Source: Leucoraja erinacea | Lineage: Eukaryota | Direction: 5' to 3' | Assembly (NCBI RefSeq): GCF_028641065.1 | Contig: NC_073405.1 | Coordinates: 19,902,001 to 19,966,000 of the forward strand | DNA: 64,000 bases | Part shown: positions 61,440 to 64,000 of the stretch, piece by piece | Numbering within the stretch: position 1 is the first letter of the stretch | How the letters are laid out: each line of letters opens with the position of its first letter | Translations under genes and position numbers: made by a program | The notes under the pieces: model-generated | Told to the model about the DNA's origin: nothing | Database searches by the model: none | The model's input: the letters and a program-made list of their open reading frames with translations, nothing else

Positions 61440-62145
61440 ACCCCAGCGGTATGGACATTGACTTCTCTAACTTCAAGTAACCCTTGCTCTTCCTCTCTCT
61501 CCATCCCTCACCCTTCCCAGTTCTCTGACAAGTCTTACTGTCTCCCACTCCATTTTATCTCTGTTTGCTTTGTTGCTGTTAGCTTATCCCAGCTAACAAT
61601 GATCTATTATACATTTCCCTTCATCTCCATTCCCGTTGTCCTATTTTCACACCTTACACTTCCTTATCTCCCTCTCCCCTGACATCAGTCCGAAGAAGGG
61701 TCGCGACCCAAAACTTTACCCATTCCTTCTCTGCAGAGATGCTGGCTGTCCCGCTGAGTTACTCCAGCATTTTGTGTCTATCTTCGGTTTAAACCAGCAT
61801 CTGCAGTTCCTTCCTACACTTTAACTCCCCCTTCCATTCCCACACTGACTTTTCTGCCCTGGGCCTCCTCCATTGTCAGAGTGAGGCACAAAGCAAATTG
61901 GGAGGAACAGCGCCTCATATTTTGCTTGGGCAGCCGACACCCCAGCAGTTTGAATATTGATTTCTCTAACTTCATGGAACCCTTTCTCTTTATCCCTCCC
62001 CACCCTAGTTCTCTGACTAGTTTCTCTCTCCCCTGACTCAGTCTGAAGAAGGGTCTCGACCCGAAACATCACCCATTCCTTCTCCGCAGACATGCTGCCT
62101 GTCCTGCTGAGTTACTCCAGCATTTTGTGTCCATCTTCGGTGATT
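61440..62145 (+). mobile_element. Two head-to-tail Penelope 3' fragments (partial tandem)
   Basis: PSGMDIDFSNFK* plus repeat (61440-61820), then FNSP.HSHTD...LGSRHPSSLNIDFSNF plus repeat (61820-62145). Confidence 0.8.
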
Positions 62146-63226
62146 TACATGATATTGTGTGCCAACCTCTAAAGATTATAGCACAAGATCAAATTTTCTC
62201 TGTATTTACTTCAAGTTTTCAAAGAAACACCATCAAAAAGTCTGTCCTTCTATCAAGAGTAAGTGTTTTTTTGTCTGTAGCAGGGAAATTATTAATGTTT
62301 CCCTAAGTTCTCTTGTTTAATAAAGCACTATGTTAAAAAAAAAAATTCCAGTTGTCATCTGGCATCTTGGAGGGAGACACAAATATGGCTTCTTTAACTA
62401 TGGTCCTTAAAGCCTTCCTCTGGCCAATGTTAAGGCCATTTCATATTGCTTTCTGACAATCCAGTTCATATTTTATTATTGTGCTCTGTGAATCATCTTG
62501 TTTTGCTATATTAAAATTATTATATAATTACAAGCTGTTGTTGGATTATGGGACATGGCGGATAGTGGTTTGGAAATGGAAATGGAAAGAGGGTCTGTTG
62601 AATGTCTGTATTATGTTTGTCTTTGCTGGTTTTAAACTGGGGCAGACTTTTCTCTGTTAACCTAAACCGCTGTCTGCAAGCCTGCTAAATATTTCACAAA
62701 ATACAGGCAGACGCCTGCCCTTTTGTAATTATAAATACACATTTATCTTATCCTGGAAAACGATAACTGTCACCTAATCCCATCGTGACTATGAATGGCA
62801 CATGATTGTGCCATCGTACCAGTGTCATTAAATTCTGAGCATAGAGTCACCTCTTTGTGTATAACGAGATACAGATTGTCATGTCGCTCTCTCTCTCTCT
62901 CTCTCCCCCCCCCACCAGCTTCCCAAAAATTGTCTGTCCACATGCGTGTATAAATCTGTTCTTGCTTTTTTTTAAAACATGGATTTACAGAATCGATAAG
63001 GGCAAATATCTAGGTCTGGAAACCACTATTCCAATAATTTTTTTTAAAGAAAATTAGCTAAATTGCATAGTCATATGGCACAGATCCAGCCCCTTCAGCC
63101 CGACTTTTCAATGCAGAACAAAATGCCACATCTAAGCTGCTGGCAATTGGTCCATATCCCTCTAAACATTCCCTATTCTTAATTGTTTGTTTTTACGTGT
63201 ATATGTGTGTGGATATATATAGAATA

Positions 63227-63228
<2 letters not shown>

Positions 63229-63258
<30 letters not shown>
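63229..63258. repeat. (TA)n microsatellite
   Basis: Direct reading. Confidence 0.9.
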
Positions 63259-63264
<6 letters not shown>

Positions 63265-63747
63265 TAAACATTTTTTTCTCATTTATCTTATTGGTTTCAG
63301 AGTATTATGTTTACATATTCTGTTGTGCTACTGCATCTTAGAATTTCATTGTTCTGTCTGGGACACTCTTGATTCTAGACCTGTCCAAGTGTGTTTTAAA
63401 TGTTGTTTTTGTACCTGCCTCAACTACCCCCTCTGGCAACTCATTCCATATTCCCACTACTCACTGCTTGAAATGGAAATAAAAACCTGTAGCGTCAAGC
63501 CAAAAGAGCAGTGTGACTAATTGGCCGCTCTTTCCAAGAAATAGCACTAAAATGTGCTCCAGTATAATTCTTCGATTCGTACCTGTACAGGAATAAATCA
63601 TCCTAATTTGATTCTCAGAGGATGCCACAAATACCCCGTACAATCTGTTAAACAAGGTTAGCCCAGGACCTGTCAGGAAAAGCAGAGGTTGTCCCGTGGA
63701 TGTGGCAGGAGATGGACGTTACATTCTGTGACCGCGTTCTCGTCCTA

Positions 63748-64000
63748 GACACATAGACCAGGACGTCCCTGGCTACAAATACCTTGGAGTTTACCTGGAC
63801 AGTAAACTGGACTGGTCGAGGAATGCTGAGGCCCAGTTCAAGAAGGGACGGAACCAGCTGCAGGTGTTTTACCAATCGGTGGTAGCCAGTGCCATCTTCT
63901 TTGCTGCCGTGTGCTGGGGCAGCAGGGTGAAGGCCGCAAACACCAACAGGATTAACAGACTCATCAGGAAGGCTGGCTCTGTCCTGAGGGCGGAGTTGGT
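63748..64000 (+). mobile_element. Rex1-like LINE RT C-terminal fragment (runs off window)
   Basis: YKYLGVYLDSKLDWSRN...KKG...QVFYQSVVASAIFFAAVCWGS...NRINRLIRKAGSVL. Confidence 0.85.

Noticed and set aside
92-63875. Remaining short ORFs in the six-frame track
   Set aside because: Most are recurring translations of HE1, CR1 or Penelope repeats (e.g. KPINLQTCTSLECGRKPEH, RDAACPAELLQHFVSIF) or random frames.

Overview
This is vertebrate genomic DNA, not a prokaryotic locus. It is almost certainly a cartilaginous fish (skate/ray-like), inferred from more than 20 HE1-type V-SINEs with CTAAA tails plus CR1, L2, Rex1/Babar, RTE, Tx1 and Penelope debris. Nearly the whole window looks like repeat-rich intron of one + strand gene. 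The only host exon I can support is a 130-nt internal coding exon (48977-49106) of an SHB/SHD-family SH2 adapter, which the ORF track misses. The most structured object is a 1.86-kb DIRS-1-type tyrosine-recombinase element (28243-30105, - strand). It has intact ITR/ICR ends and an intact YR catalytic set, but no RT/RNase H. Also notable: many Penelope-derived terminal repeats carrying minimal hammerhead-ribozyme-like cores, including a perfect 187-bp palindrome with a 14-bp TSD (13575-13761). There are also Tc1, Tigger and Harbinger DNA elements, a Tx1 insertion, a 27-bp minisatellite and a 170-N gap. All family names come from recalled sequence patterns, not database searches. Boundaries of old repeats are approximate.
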